From positions 1 to 51,068 of the forward strand of contig JAEOTA010000049.1 in NCBI GenBank assembly GCA_016840085.1: 51,068 nucleotides of DNA, given 5' to 3'. Positions 1-10,985 of this stretch are shown here, one piece after another (positions within the stretch are counted from its first letter, which is position 1; each line of letters opens with the position of its first letter). This DNA is from Promethearchaeota archaeon. Lineage in GTDB: Archaea; Asgardarchaeota; Lokiarchaeia; Sigyniarchaeales; SOKP01. A program made the position numbers and the translations under genes. Below the pieces are notes generated by a model, which was not told the origin of the DNA, made no database searches, and was given only the letters and a program-made list of their open reading frames with translations.

Positions 1-2
1 AG

Positions 3-107
3 CCCTTTATTCCAGGATATAATTACACTTTGCTCATTGGAACTGTGGGTGTCATAACCTTCATAATAGTGTTAGAACGAAGAAAGAAAAAATTCAAAAT
101 CTCTTAA
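3..107 (+). CDS. 3' end of a surface protein with a Loki-CTERM-like sorting tail (partial)
   Basis: Frame 3 reads PFIPGYNYTLLIGTVGVITFIIVLERRKKKFKIS*: IPGY motif, TM helix, basic tail. Confidence 0.75.
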   Translation, partial: PFIPGYNYTLLIGTVGVITFIIVLERRKKKFKIS

Positions 108-177
108 TTTTTTTTTATTTCTTTATTAATTTTAATTTTTAATTAGATATTAGTGAGAATAGCTAGAGATAGACCAT

Positions 178-948
178 ATGACTAGAAATATTACGCTTTC
201 AAAAAGAACTAGAAATATAATATTGATTAGTGTTGTTTTGGTTGTCGTTATTATTGTTATATTCGCTAGACCTATCCCAGAAAAAGTTAGAAAATATGAT
301 AAGGTTCAGATTCATAAAATATATTTAAACTTTAAGATAGTAGAAATTTTAAGATTTTGAGAAAATTTTTTATTTATTCTAGGCCTTATTCGAAGCTACA
401 ACAAGTAAAGCATATAATTCCATTATAGGTACAGCTGCAGCGCACGCAATATCAATACCGACTAACACTCCTAAAGCTAGCGACAACATACATCAAATAA
501 GGTTGTAATTTTCGTTAGAAGGATTCCCACTCCCTTTTCTTTGACAACAGATGCAACTAATCCAGATAAAGATGGCATATTTGAATTAATATGGATTAAA
601 TCTTCATATGCATCATATTATGTGATATACAATTCCTCAACATTTATTTCAGAAATAAATAAATCTGTGTCAGTTCTGCTCAATTTTACTCCTTCTTTAG
701 ATTTGCCTACATATAGATATAATTTGTCTGTTTTATACAATGGTACGTATTATTATAAAATCATTGCTTTTAACCAATATGGAAATTATTCTACAGAGTG
801 TATTCAAGTAAAAGTTGCCATACCTCCTATACCGCAAGAACCAGAAGATAAAGATAGATATGGATTTCCTCAGGAAATTGTAATGCTCATTATATTCATT
901 GTTCTCTTTGAGCTCTTAATCTTTGCGTATATAAAACGTAAAAAATAA
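178..948 (+). pseudogene. Membrane-anchored Ig/Fn3-like surface protein interrupted by a ~0.22 kb insertion
   Basis: ORFs 178-360 and 541-948 join in frame (...PEKVR|RIPTPFSLTTDATNPDKDG...) when the 228 bp between the GTTAGAA direct repeats at 286-292 and 514-520 is removed. The product has N- and C-terminal TM segments. Confidence 0.55.
290..513. mobile_element. Small non-coding insertion (MITE/IS-remnant-like)
   Basis: Flanked by a GTTA(GAA) direct repeat, with short inverted ends GAAAAT...ATTTTC. It interrupts an otherwise continuous reading frame. Confidence 0.4.
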
Positions 949-1129
949 GGGATAAAAAATGTAAGTCTTATTTCATGAACATATCAACTCAAAATAATAA
1001 GATTATTCCTTTTAATAGTTTTAAATGTTTCTAATTCATATTCAATATTAAAAGAATTTGTTTTCTCAGCAAAATTTCATATTTCTCCCATATATTAGTA
1101 TATATATGCTTTTTTTGATTCATAAAACA

Positions 1130-2095
1130 TCATTGAGATTCAATCTTTTTCTGATTAACAATTATGATTATTGATATTACAACTATAATTGTACCTATTA
1201 TATGAAATATTGTATATTGTTCTCCCAAAATAAGAGCAGCAAAAATTGCACTCACAATAGGGGTTGGGGATAATACAATTGTTGCTTTTGAAACCTCGAG
1301 ATATGAAAGGGTTTTATACCAACTAAATAAACCAATTCCGTACACCGTTCCCATAGATATAAAAAAGAAAAGGTTAATAGGAATAAGGAATAACTTAAAA
1401 TTTTCTACAGGAAAAAAGATAAAATATAAGGTAATTAAGATTACTCCACTTAAAATATTTCTTAAGAAAACCATTTGAGTAGGAGTGATTTCATCTCTTT
1501 TAAACAACGGTTTAGTCATTGTATGGCCAAACATCCATAAGCATGTAATAAACAACAAAATTAAAACCCCCATTACTATTTCAAAATTAATTTCAAAAAA
1601 GTAAATGAAAGATCCTTGGGAAATTGCGATCAATAATCCCAAAAATAGAGTTAGTGAAAAGATAATTTGAATTTTAGTAAATCTCTCTTTTAGAATAAAA
1701 TAACCAAATAATAAACCAAAAAAAATACTTGTTTTTTGAGTTAAAGCTCCATTTATTGCACCTGCTAATCCATACCCAATAAAAAATAAAAGCTGATTAA
1801 GTGCAAAGATAATTCCAATAAAAATTAAAAGACCTAAGTTTTTTTTCCAATTATTCCAAACAGAATCTTTGTTTATTTGATTCTCATTATTATTTTTTTT
1901 AAATTTTGAATTATTTACTTTTAACTCTAAACACATTAGAGGAAGAAAAATAGATGCCTCAACTAAACATGTCATTGCTGCGAAAATGAAAGCATCAAGA
2001 GACTCTGGACGAGCATTAGCAACAACGGGCTGAATTCCTACAAAAAAAACCCCCATAGCTCCAAAAATTAATCCTTTTTTTGTATTATTGTCCAA
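1130..2095 (-). CDS. DMT/EamA family transporter
   Basis: About 10 TM helices in two EamA-like halves (LKERFT..., LGEQYT...). Confidence 0.85.
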   Translation of the reverse strand: MDNNTKKGLIFGAMGVFFVGIQPVVANARPESLDAFIFAAMTCLVEASIFLPLMCLELKVNNSKFKKNNNENQINKDSVWNNWKKNLGLLIFIGIIFALNQLLFFIGYGLAGAINGALTQKTSIFFGLLFGYFILKERFTKIQIIFSLTLFLGLLIAISQGSFIYFFEINFEIVMGVLILLFITCLWMFGHTMTKPLFKRDEITPTQMVFLRNILSGVILITLYFIFFPVENFKLFLIPINLFFFISMGTVYGIGLFSWYKTLSYLEVSKATIVLSPTPIVSAIFAALILGEQYTIFHIIGTIIVVISIIIIVNQKKIESQ

Positions 2096-2487
2096 GATAA
2101 TTATAAAGAAATTTAGGGATTAAAAAATTTTAGCAATAGTCTAAGTTTATCATAATTCTAATTATTTGCTTTTAAGATTAATTGTTAATCAAAATTAAGA
2201 TTTTAAAACTAAGAGTTTTAAACTAATTTCTCTTTTAATATAAAATTTAATATCTTGTTAAGGGAAGTTGATTTTTTTTAATAATTAAGTAGAGACAATA
2301 AGATCCGCTATAATGATGTTATCTATGCGATTTTAGATCCAAGAATTAGATATATTTAAAAGTTGAAAAAACAGCAAAAGTAAGGTATTTATTTTTTCTT
2401 TGAATTGTAGCAATTATATGAAATAAGTAAAAAACATTCTAATAGATTAAGATAAAAGTATTATACTCTTAATAAGGATTCTCTAAG

Positions 2488-3330
2488 ATGGCAATAAATA
2501 AAGATTGGTTTGTAAAAAAAATAAATGGTTTCTTGATGAAAGATAATGCCAATAAATTGAGTTTTGATGATAGATCTCTTATATTTAACGCGAATACGAT
2601 AGTAGGGTTTGCTTTGGCAAATGATCCCATTTTTGATAAGTATAAAGAGATAATTGGAGAATTTCATCTCACTCCTATTGAAGCATTTAAAAAATTTTGC
2701 GAGCGAAATAGTCGTGAAAGTACCTTTAAAGATTTATCCGTTGTGGCTTATGTACTCCCTATCAATGAGGAAACTAAAAAAGAAAATTTTGAATATTCCA
2801 AAGAAATGCCTTCTGTACGATGGGCTCATACAAGACTATTTGGAGAACAGGTAAACCAAAAATTACAAAAATACCTCGTAAATGAGTTAGAGAAAGAAGG
2901 AATAAGAGCAGTTGCTCCAATGTTAGAAAAATATATATACAAAGTAAATAGTAATATTTGGGCATCAACATGGAGCCATAGACACATGTTGTATGCTACA
3001 GGATTAGGATCTTTTGGACTATCAGATGGTTTTATAAATCCCCGAGGTAAAGCAATGAGATGTGGAAGCATTATCGTAGAATTGAATTTGCCTTCTGATG
3101 CTTCTAAACGACCTTCGGATCCATACAAATTTTGCACTAAATGTGGTGATTGTATTAAGAATTGTCCAGTTAATGCAATTAGCTTCGAAAAAGGTCATAA
3201 TAAACATAAGTGTTCTGAGCATGTCATAAGTACTATCCCTTATATTAATGAAAAATATGGGATTAATATATATGCATGTGGATTATGTCAAGTTGGAGTT
3301 TCTTGTTCCTCCGGTATACCAAAGCAATAG
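2488..3330 (+). CDS. Epoxyqueuosine reductase (QueG)-like / small reductive-dehalogenase-like 4Fe-4S protein
   Basis: WSHRH...GLGSFG motif, CTKCGDCIKNCPVNAI and CGLCQVGVSC. Confidence 0.7.
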   Translation: MAINKDWFVKKINGFLMKDNANKLSFDDRSLIFNANTIVGFALANDPIFDKYKEIIGEFHLTPIEAFKKFCERNSRESTFKDLSVVAYVLPINEETKKENFEYSKEMPSVRWAHTRLFGEQVNQKLQKYLVNELEKEGIRAVAPMLEKYIYKVNSNIWASTWSHRHMLYATGLGSFGLSDGFINPRGKAMRCGSIIVELNLPSDASKRPSDPYKFCTKCGDCIKNCPVNAISFEKGHNKHKCSEHVISTIPYINEKYGINIYACGLCQVGVSCSSGIPKQ

Positions 3331-3521
3331 TAGGATTGAAAGCTATAAATGAAGAATAGTAAAATTTTACATTTTTTCTTAATTCTTTAAGAGCTTCTAA
3401 TATATCGGGATATTTGGACTCCTATTCTATAAGCAAAAATCTTTTAATCCTCAAGAAAAATTTATTTATTTGGGAAAATTTTAGAAAAGATTAATAAAAG
3501 AAGATATGGATGTGAACGAAA

Positions 3522-4340
3522 ATTTCTGAAAATTATGCAATTATTACTAAAAATCTAACAAAAAAATTTGGGGATTTAACAGCAGTAAATAATCTGAACT
3601 TGAAAATTCCCTATGGCAAGACATATGGACTATTAGGTCCTAATGGTGCAGGTAAGACAACAACTGTAAGGATGTTAAACTCAATTATATCTCCTACATC
3701 AGGTAACGCTCAAATAGTTGGCTTCGATGTTATAACTCAAAGTACAGAAGTGAAACTATACTCTGGTTTTTTACCTGAATCACCTGGATTATATCAAAAA
3801 TTAACTGCTCGAGAATTTTTGGAATTTATAGGAGAATTGTATTATTTACCAAAAGAAGTAATATCTTCAAGAATAGATGAATTACTCGATATTTTTGATC
3901 TTGAAGGACGAGAAAACGACCTTTTGGAAGGATATTCCAGAGGGATGAAACAAAAAGTCTGTTTGTGCGCAGCTATAATTCAAGATCCGAAAATTATTTT
4001 CTTAGATGAGCCAACCTCTAATCTAGATCCTGCTGCTGCTAGAATGGTTAAAGATCTAATCTCTGATCTAGCTAAAAAAGCAGAAAAAACAATCTTTATT
4101 TGTACGCATCTACTAGATGCTGCTGAAGAGTTATGTGATTTAATTGGAATAATTGATAAAGGGATTCTTAAGGTTGAGGGAAGTCCAAAAGAAATAATTG
4201 ACTCTGTAAATGCAAAAGATCTAGAAGAAGCATATCTTAAAATAATGGGGGTGCCAAAAATCGAAGATTTATTAGCTTGGAGAGATGAAATATCAGATAA
4301 TTTAGAACAAGAAAAGAAAGAGAAAAGAAAGAAAAAATAA
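3522..4340 (+). CDS. ABC transporter ATP-binding protein (probable ATT start at 3522)
   Basis: Walker A GPNGAGKTT, signature YSRGMKQK, Walker B IFLDEP. The frame extends upstream through the typical N-terminus AIITKNLTKKFGDLTAV to an ATT lying 6 nt after GTGA. Confidence 0.9.
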   Translation: MSENYAIITKNLTKKFGDLTAVNNLNLKIPYGKTYGLLGPNGAGKTTTVRMLNSIISPTSGNAQIVGFDVITQSTEVKLYSGFLPESPGLYQKLTAREFLEFIGELYYLPKEVISSRIDELLDIFDLEGRENDLLEGYSRGMKQKVCLCAAIIQDPKIIFLDEPTSNLDPAAARMVKDLISDLAKKAEKTIFICTHLLDAAEELCDLIGIIDKGILKVEGSPKEIIDSVNAKDLEEAYLKIMGVPKIEDLLAWRDEISDNLEQEKKEKRKKK

Positions 4341-4352
4341 AGTAAAATAAGA

Positions 4353-5954
4353 ATGTCTCTCTGGAAAATAATAGCGAAGAACGAGCTTAAGCTTAGAACA
4401 AACCGCTTTAGAAATCATAGAATATTATTTTTTATCCTCTTATATTCATTTTTTATACTATGGGCTTTTCTTCTTGCTCCTCTTCTATTTGATTTATTCA
4501 TGCCAACATTGGCAGAACAAAATCCTGATATCTTATTTGCCGTTGCACTCATTATTGAGTATGGAATGATGGCATTCTTCCTGACAGTAATTATTTATCC
4601 ATTGAATAGTATATATAGAAAGACTGAAATTGGATTTAAAGAGATAATATTAGCCTCACCTGCCACTGCGGGTGATATCTTCATTGGTGAATTTATTGGC
4701 AAAATTCCTATATATTTATTAGGTGTTTTGCTTATAGCTCCAATAATTATTGGAATGTTTAATCCTATTATTAATTTGAATTTTGTTCAATACATCGTAA
4801 TATATGTGTGCATTACAGTACTCCTAATGTTTGCAACTTTATTAGGTTCAATTTTAGCATCATGGTTAGAACATAAAATAGCTAAAAGTGAAAGAGCAAG
4901 AGATTGGGGTAAGGTTATATTATTTGTTCTTGCTATAGCTACGGTTGTAATGATTTATTCTCTCCAATTTCTATTTAAGTTTTTAATGGATAATCCAAAG
5001 TTAAGAAACTGGGTGATATTTTATCCATCTCTATGGTTTACTAACATTATCTTGTACGTTATTGATCCTATCTTAATTAGCAGTTACATTTTGAATATTT
5101 GGTGGAGTATTTCTTTATGTATTATCGTACCTTTAGGAATATTGTACATTGCTTTTAAAAAAGCAGAAAGCTTTTTTACTGTTGAAGGAGGGATAGAGAG
5201 AATATCAACAATCATAGAAAAAGAAAATAAATTCTATTTTATTATTCGAAAACTATCTGGTCGTAAATGGGAAGGGTTAATAAATACTCAATTGAAAGAA
5301 TTTTTAAGGAAAAGAGAAAATATTATGAAAATAGTTTACACAACTAGTATAGTAGGAATATTAGGAGTAATGTTTACATTAACGTTTGGTACAGAAATAG
5401 GATTTATTGGTGAATCATTAATAGTTGTAAATTTAATTTATATTGGAGGTATGCTTTATGGAATGCTCTTTGGAAGCTATATTTTTGTTGGTAATAAAGA
5501 TTTATTATGGGTATATAAAAGATCACCAAGAAATATTTCAGCGCTTGTTTATTCATTTTTGATTTCTATGCTTATTTTTAATATCCTTATGGCTTTAGGT
5601 TTAACCCTTTTTTTTACCATATTTATGAATTTTGATATTTTTACCATGCTTTTTTTCTTTTGTTTTTATGTATTGAATTGCGAGATTGTAATTTCTCAAG
5701 CTATTGGGATTCAGTGCTTTAATCCATCATTTGAAGAAAAAGGCCGAATTATGACTACAAATATTTTAATGCTTATGGTCCTTCAAATGGTTCCTTTTCA
5801 ATTCATTTTTATTATTATAATATTATTTTTTCCAAGACCTTCAACACATATTGCAGCAAAATTTCTCTATTTAACACCTCTATTACTAGTTTCTCTATCA
5901 ATAACTATTCCATTATTATATTTTGGTATAAAAAATTTGAGTAAAAGAGAATAA
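4353..5954 (+). CDS. ABC transporter permease (multi-TM)
   Basis: About 12-14 TM helices, 12 bp downstream of the ABC ATPase. Confidence 0.75.
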   Translation: MSLWKIIAKNELKLRTNRFRNHRILFFILLYSFFILWAFLLAPLLFDLFMPTLAEQNPDILFAVALIIEYGMMAFFLTVIIYPLNSIYRKTEIGFKEIILASPATAGDIFIGEFIGKIPIYLLGVLLIAPIIIGMFNPIINLNFVQYIVIYVCITVLLMFATLLGSILASWLEHKIAKSERARDWGKVILFVLAIATVVMIYSLQFLFKFLMDNPKLRNWVIFYPSLWFTNIILYVIDPILISSYILNIWWSISLCIIVPLGILYIAFKKAESFFTVEGGIERISTIIEKENKFYFIIRKLSGRKWEGLINTQLKEFLRKRENIMKIVYTTSIVGILGVMFTLTFGTEIGFIGESLIVVNLIYIGGMLYGMLFGSYIFVGNKDLLWVYKRSPRNISALVYSFLISMLIFNILMALGLTLFFTIFMNFDIFTMLFFFCFYVLNCEIVISQAIGIQCFNPSFEEKGRIMTTNILMLMVLQMVPFQFIFIIIILFFPRPSTHIAAKFLYLTPLLLVSLSITIPLLYFGIKNLSKRE

Positions 5955-6028
5955 GGTAAATAGAAAATTATGTTACTTCTGGTATCAATAATATGAAATT
6001 ACTTCCTTTAAAAACTTCTTCTTTAACT

Positions 6029-6388
6029 CTATTTTCCGTTAGGTTTCTTTTCTTTTCTTCTTTGGATTAATTCAACAATTCCAGCCCCTAATAATCGAAT
6101 AATACAGCTACTCACAATTATAGTTATGATAATAGGCCACAAAAAGGCAACCCATTCCTCAAAAAAAGCATATAAAATAATCAAAACAATGATCCCCGCG
6201 ATGATGATAATGCAACCTATTGCATCTGTTATATCATCCTTTGAATATTTCTTTTTTTGCTTTTGTACTTGCACTTGATTAGGCACTTGAGGTGTCAATA
6301 TTCCTAAGCTAGGTTGTTTATGACCACATTTGGCACAGAAATCCGCATCATTTACAATTTTTTCTCCACATTTTACACAATATTTCAT
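6029..6388 (-). CDS. Zinc-ribbon membrane protein
   Basis: CVKCG...FCAKCG followed by two TM helices. Confidence 0.7.
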   Translation of the reverse strand: MKYCVKCGEKIVNDADFCAKCGHKQPSLGILTPQVPNQVQVQKQKKKYSKDDITDAIGCIIIIAGIIVLIILYAFFEEWVAFLWPIIITIIVSSCIIRLLGAGIVELIQRRKEKKPNGK

Positions 6389-6458
6389 ACGTAATATCCC
6401 AATTATTGCTCAAATGTTAATAATAATATCTAGAAAAATGGAATTAACTATCTAAAAT

Positions 6459-8276
6459 TTATTTTTCATATGTTCCAAATTGCGGAAAAGCGCGCAAGCT
6501 TTCAGAGTTAAAAATAGGACCTTCTTTACAGATAGATATATCATTATTTGATCCGATGCAACAAGAACCGCACAGTCCAATACCGCATTTCATTTTCCTT
6601 TCTAAGGATGCTTGAATTTCAATATTTTTAGATTCAGTTATATCTAGTATTTTTTTCATCATTACTTCAGGACCACATGTCATAATTAAATCTATTTTAT
6701 TCCTTTCAAGAATTTCTTCAAGTGTATCAGTAACATAACATTTTTTACCTATTGATCCATCATCTGTGGAACATATAGTATTTGGAATCATTTCTATTAA
6801 GCGATCAGCGAAAATTAAAGAAGATTCATCTTTTGCGCCAATAGTGACAACAACATTCTTTTTATTTTTCTTTAGAGGTTCTACTAATGAAGTTAACGCT
6901 GCAATTCCCATACCCCCGCCAACTAAAAGAATATTAGATGCATCTTCATAATTCCAAGTGTTTCCAAAAGGACCTCTAATTCCTATGGTATCTCCTTCTT
7001 TCAAATCAAATAATTTAGCTGTTCCCTCTCCAATTTTTTGGACTGTTATCTCAATTAAACTCCCATTTATATCTGATATTGACATGGGTAAAAAGTCTAT
7101 ATCTGGAAGCCACAGAATAACGAACATACCAGGTCTATAGCTTTTAGCAATTCGTTCGCTTCTAATAATAAAACTTTTAATTTCAGAAGAATGTGTAATG
7201 ATAGATTCTATTTTAACCATGTCTGTTTTATGTCGAGTAATATCAAGTACTAATTCTTCATCATCTTTTGTTAATGTCTTTTGTTCTAGAATTCCCTTTT
7301 CAATTGCTAACTCATAAATTTGTTTTCCTTTTTCTGTTCTGATTATTAATGTCCTCCAGCCCTCGTTGCTACCTACATTTCCTACAGAAATATCTGCAAA
7401 GGATGCAGTATAATCCGAACATGAAAAACAAGCATTTCTAATAGCATTATCATAAATAGAATTAAGTGGGATTTCTTTAAGAGTATTATTTGAAATAATT
7501 TTCATTTTAAAGTTACCTTTATCAGTGGCAATTTTAGAAATCTCATTTGGTTTCACCTCATATTCCTTAAAATATTCAGATAATAACTGATTATAATAAG
7601 TTCCAAAACAAAACGTTCCAATAGCAAGAGTAACTAGATCAAATACTTCAAAATCAAATCGAGGATGATTCTGCATTTTCCTTAGAGCTTGAATTTGACA
7701 AGGTGTCCCCACTAGAGCAATATCAGTAAACTCTTTATTTATAGCATCTCCAATCAAAGAAAGTGTTGGACTTTGACTTGGTTTATATCCTACACTTTTA
7801 AATAGTTCTTTACTATTAGTTGCTAAGATAGGAAATGGTCTAAAATTTTCATCTTTATCAGTGACAATTGAACAATCAATTAGTCCGGCATCCATCGCTG
7901 TGGTTAATAAAGCTGTTATTGGACCGGCTTCTATTGGCAACATTTCTTTAGCCTTATCTGTAAGTTGAACTGATACAATATCTATATAATGTCCTAATAT
8001 TCGATTATTTTCTTTTCCAAATACCCATTTATCTAATAACGATACAGAAATTTGATCGATTCCTGTTTTTGGGCAAATATTATAGCATAAACCAAAACCA
8101 TCACGGCATGTATTCGCATCTTTACAAGATCCATCCTCAATTGGTATTTCTTTTTCAAAATCAAATTTAATATTTGCACAAAATGCTCCACATGCTCCAC
8201 AATATACACATTTTCCTGTCTTAATTATCTCAGAATCTAATTCTTGCCAACCTTTTTTCACTTGATTAATATACAT
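6459..8276 (-). CDS. Fusion of an F420-reducing hydrogenase beta (FrhB/FdhB)-like domain and a PyrK/NfnA-like FAD/NAD(P) [2Fe-2S] electron-transfer domain
   Basis: N-half: CVYCGACGAFC, VGTPCQ, GTFCFG, ACFSCSDYTASFADISVG. C-half: RGPFGN, GGGMGIA, CGPEVM, MKCGIGLCGSC...CKEGP. Confidence 0.85.
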   Translation of the reverse strand: MYINQVKKGWQELDSEIIKTGKCVYCGACGAFCANIKFDFEKEIPIEDGSCKDANTCRDGFGLCYNICPKTGIDQISVSLLDKWVFGKENNRILGHYIDIVSVQLTDKAKEMLPIEAGPITALLTTAMDAGLIDCSIVTDKDENFRPFPILATNSKELFKSVGYKPSQSPTLSLIGDAINKEFTDIALVGTPCQIQALRKMQNHPRFDFEVFDLVTLAIGTFCFGTYYNQLLSEYFKEYEVKPNEISKIATDKGNFKMKIISNNTLKEIPLNSIYDNAIRNACFSCSDYTASFADISVGNVGSNEGWRTLIIRTEKGKQIYELAIEKGILEQKTLTKDDEELVLDITRHKTDMVKIESIITHSSEIKSFIIRSERIAKSYRPGMFVILWLPDIDFLPMSISDINGSLIEITVQKIGEGTAKLFDLKEGDTIGIRGPFGNTWNYEDASNILLVGGGMGIAALTSLVEPLKKNKKNVVVTIGAKDESSLIFADRLIEMIPNTICSTDDGSIGKKCYVTDTLEEILERNKIDLIMTCGPEVMMKKILDITESKNIEIQASLERKMKCGIGLCGSCCIGSNNDISICKEGPIFNSESLRAFPQFGTYEK

Positions 8277-8281
8277 TATAC

Positions 8282-8878
8282 TTATTTCTCCTCTTGTAGT
8301 TGTTTTTGGAAATCTTGTGCTTCCTTCTTTCCAAGCTCAAAAGCCTCTAAATTCTTATCTAATGTAGAACTAGGAACAAATCGTTTTAATGTTTCAATAG
8401 CAGATTCTTCAGAAATGATCCCTGAAAGCATAACAAATGCCCCAAATAAGATTGAATTGCCGAATACAATGTTTCCAAAATTTTCAACTGCTAATTTTTG
8501 AACAGGAAGGCTTAACGCTTTTTCAAATCTTTGCGTTGCTCTAAATTTCTTTATTGTTGAAGGATCCCAAATTAAAAATCCAGTATTACTTCCTTTTTTT
8601 AGATTGTCAGGTTTTACGCGATTAGCAGATTCTTCAGAAAGTATTATTAAAAAATCATAAGGACTTAAAGCTTTAGGATAATCAATGGTCTTAACATCTT
8701 TATCTAAATCTGCCACTACTTCAGCCCAACAGGCCCCTCCTCTCGCTGATGCGCTATATGCTTCGGTTTGGGTTGCTGCTAAATTTTCATATAGTGAACA
8801 TGCTGTTATTATCATCTTACTTAATGTAATCACACCTTGTCCACCAAACCCTGAAATTCGAATTTCATATCGGTTCAC
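8282..8878 (-). CDS. korC: 2-oxoacid:ferredoxin oxidoreductase gamma subunit
   Basis: EIRISGFGGQGVI...YSASARGG. Confidence 0.85.
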   Translation of the reverse strand: MNRYEIRISGFGGQGVITLSKMIITACSLYENLAATQTEAYSASARGGACWAEVVADLDKDVKTIDYPKALSPYDFLIILSEESANRVKPDNLKKGSNTGFLIWDPSTIKKFRATQRFEKALSLPVQKLAVENFGNIVFGNSILFGAFVMLSGIISEESAIETLKRFVPSSTLDKNLEAFELGKKEAQDFQKQLQEEK

Positions 8879-8880
8879 TT

Positions 8881-9798
8881 TTACTTTCCCTCCATAGCTA
8901 ATTTTTGAATTTTTATGTATTTTTCTGAATATTCTGGCTTATCTTGATCGTATTTGAATTCACCAATAATATATTTATTAAACAATTCCTCTTCAGTCAT
9001 GAATTTTGCTTGATTCACACGAACACTATTTCTTCTTATCCAATCAAGCATTTTAAGGGTATTATCCATTTTTTCACCCTCTAATCCTAAATTTTCAGCG
9101 CCTAAATTATTCAAATTTCTCCTCCCAAAATATGTTACGCAAGGAGTTATCACTTCAATTACAGAAGTGCCTTTATGTTTTAAAGCTTTTTTAAAGTATT
9201 TCATAAAAGTTCGTGGATGTGCTACCGTTATTCTTGCGATATATGATGCCCCTGCAGCTAAAGCTAATTTGACACCATCACTTCTATTTTCAAACATCTT
9301 ATATGGTGTAGTTGTGCTTTCTGCTCCATACAATGTGGTTGGAGCACTTTGACCACCTGTCATACCATATATACTATTATTAAAAATAAGGATAACACAA
9401 TCGATATTTCTACGGCAAATATGAATAAAGTGATTTCCCCCAATTCCTAAGCAATCTCCATCGCCGGAGAAGATAATAGGTTTTAATTTAGGATTTGCTA
9501 TTTTCATACCTGTAGCTAATGCTGGTGCTCGACCATGAAGTGCAAAAACCTTTTGAGAAGCGTGATGCACTAATGTTATTAATTGAGTATAACAACCGAT
9601 TCCTATAATTAATGGAAATAATTTAGGATCTATTTTTTCATCCTCAAATACACGGGTAAAAAGATGACCTATTATACCATACCCACATCCTGCACAAAAA
9701 AGGGAATTATAATTACCAAAAAGATATCCTCCCATAGAGAATTGGACATATGGATGATCTGGTTTCTCTGTTGGATATCGTGGACCTAAACCTGACAT
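8881..9798 (-). CDS. korB: 2-oxoacid:ferredoxin oxidoreductase beta subunit
   Basis: FCAGCG, GIGC, LHGRA, TPP motif GDGD...NNSIYGMTGGQ, PCVTYFGR. Confidence 0.9.
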   Translation of the reverse strand: MSGLGPRYPTEKPDHPYVQFSMGGYLFGNYNSLFCAGCGYGIIGHLFTRVFEDEKIDPKLFPLIIGIGCYTQLITLVHHASQKVFALHGRAPALATGMKIANPKLKPIIFSGDGDCLGIGGNHFIHICRRNIDCVILIFNNSIYGMTGGQSAPTTLYGAESTTTPYKMFENRSDGVKLALAAGASYIARITVAHPRTFMKYFKKALKHKGTSVIEVITPCVTYFGRRNLNNLGAENLGLEGEKMDNTLKMLDWIRRNSVRVNQAKFMTEEELFNKYIIGEFKYDQDKPEYSEKYIKIQKLAMEGK

Positions 9799-10970
9799 TA
9801 TTTTGATACCTCCTTAATAATTTTTAATATATCATCTGGATGATGAAACACACCTACTTTGGGAATTTTTATTATTGGGATTTCAAGTTTCTTAACTCTT
9901 TCTACCTGTTCAGCGATAAATCCTGTATAGTTTAATTCAGGTATAATAATAGCTTTGGCATTTTTAACTACCTTCTTTACTTTTTCATCAGGAAACGGCC
10001 ATACTGTTATTAACCTAAAGATTCCAACTTTAATTCCCTCTCTCCTGGCTATATCAACTGCACGATAACTTGTTCTTACAGGTAAACCATAAGCGATGAT
10101 AATTATATCCGCATCGTCTAATTTATATTCCTCAGTTATAGAAATTTTATCCATATTAGACTTTATCTTTTCAATTAGTGTTTCCATAAATTCTAATGCA
10201 TTAGATATTGGAAGTCCTTCAGAATTATGAGGCAGCTGAAGAGACATAAGGGGAAAATAATCTGTACCGATTATTGGAGGTTTTGGGATAACGTATTCTC
10301 CAGTTTTACCATCCTTATAAGAGAACTTTTTAGTATAATCTTGAGGTAATTCACGATTAATAACTCTCTTAATTATTTCTTCTTTTGGAGGAATATAAAC
10401 AGGCTCATGAAGATGTCCTAAATAAGCATCAGAGAGAATAAATACAGGACATCGATAAGTTTCAGCAAAATTGAAAGCTTTTATCGTTAAATCAAAAAGC
10501 TCTTGGCAGTTCATTGGAGCTAATGCAATAACTTGAAATTCTCCGTGACCCGCAAAGCGTATCAATCCTAAATCGTTGTGATGTGGTGCAGTTACAGGTC
10601 CATGACTACCAGGACCAACGCGCTGAACATCACATAAGACAAAAGGAATTTCAAGATTTGCTGCCATTGAAATTGTTTCAACCATTAAAGAAAGACCTGG
10701 TCCAGAAGTAGCCGTCATTGCTTTTGCACCAGCTAAAGATGCGCCCATGACTGCGTTTATTGATGCTATTTCATCTTCCATTTGCATACAACCTCCTCCA
10801 ACTTCTGGTAACCGTTTAGCAAGATGTTCTATAACTTCAGTCGAAGGTGTTATAGGATAACCTCCAAAAAAATTCAAACCTGCAGCCAATGCACCTTCTG
10901 ACATCGCAACATTACCCATCATTACATACTTACCTTCTGGCAAATATCTTTTACCATTCTTTATACTCAT
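9798..10970 (-). CDS. korA: 2-oxoacid:ferredoxin oxidoreductase alpha subunit
   Basis: GYPITPSTE, QMEDEIAS, TATSGPG, QRVGP. Confidence 0.9.
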   Translation of the reverse strand: MSIKNGKRYLPEGKYVMMGNVAMSEGALAAGLNFFGGYPITPSTEVIEHLAKRLPEVGGGCMQMEDEIASINAVMGASLAGAKAMTATSGPGLSLMVETISMAANLEIPFVLCDVQRVGPGSHGPVTAPHHNDLGLIRFAGHGEFQVIALAPMNCQELFDLTIKAFNFAETYRCPVFILSDAYLGHLHEPVYIPPKEEIIKRVINRELPQDYTKKFSYKDGKTGEYVIPKPPIIGTDYFPLMSLQLPHNSEGLPISNALEFMETLIEKIKSNMDKISITEEYKLDDADIIIIAYGLPVRTSYRAVDIARREGIKVGIFRLITVWPFPDEKVKKVVKNAKAIIIPELNYTGFIAEQVERVKKLEIPIIKIPKVGVFHHPDDILKIIKEVSK

Positions 10971-10985
10971 TTTTTTCTCACCTTA

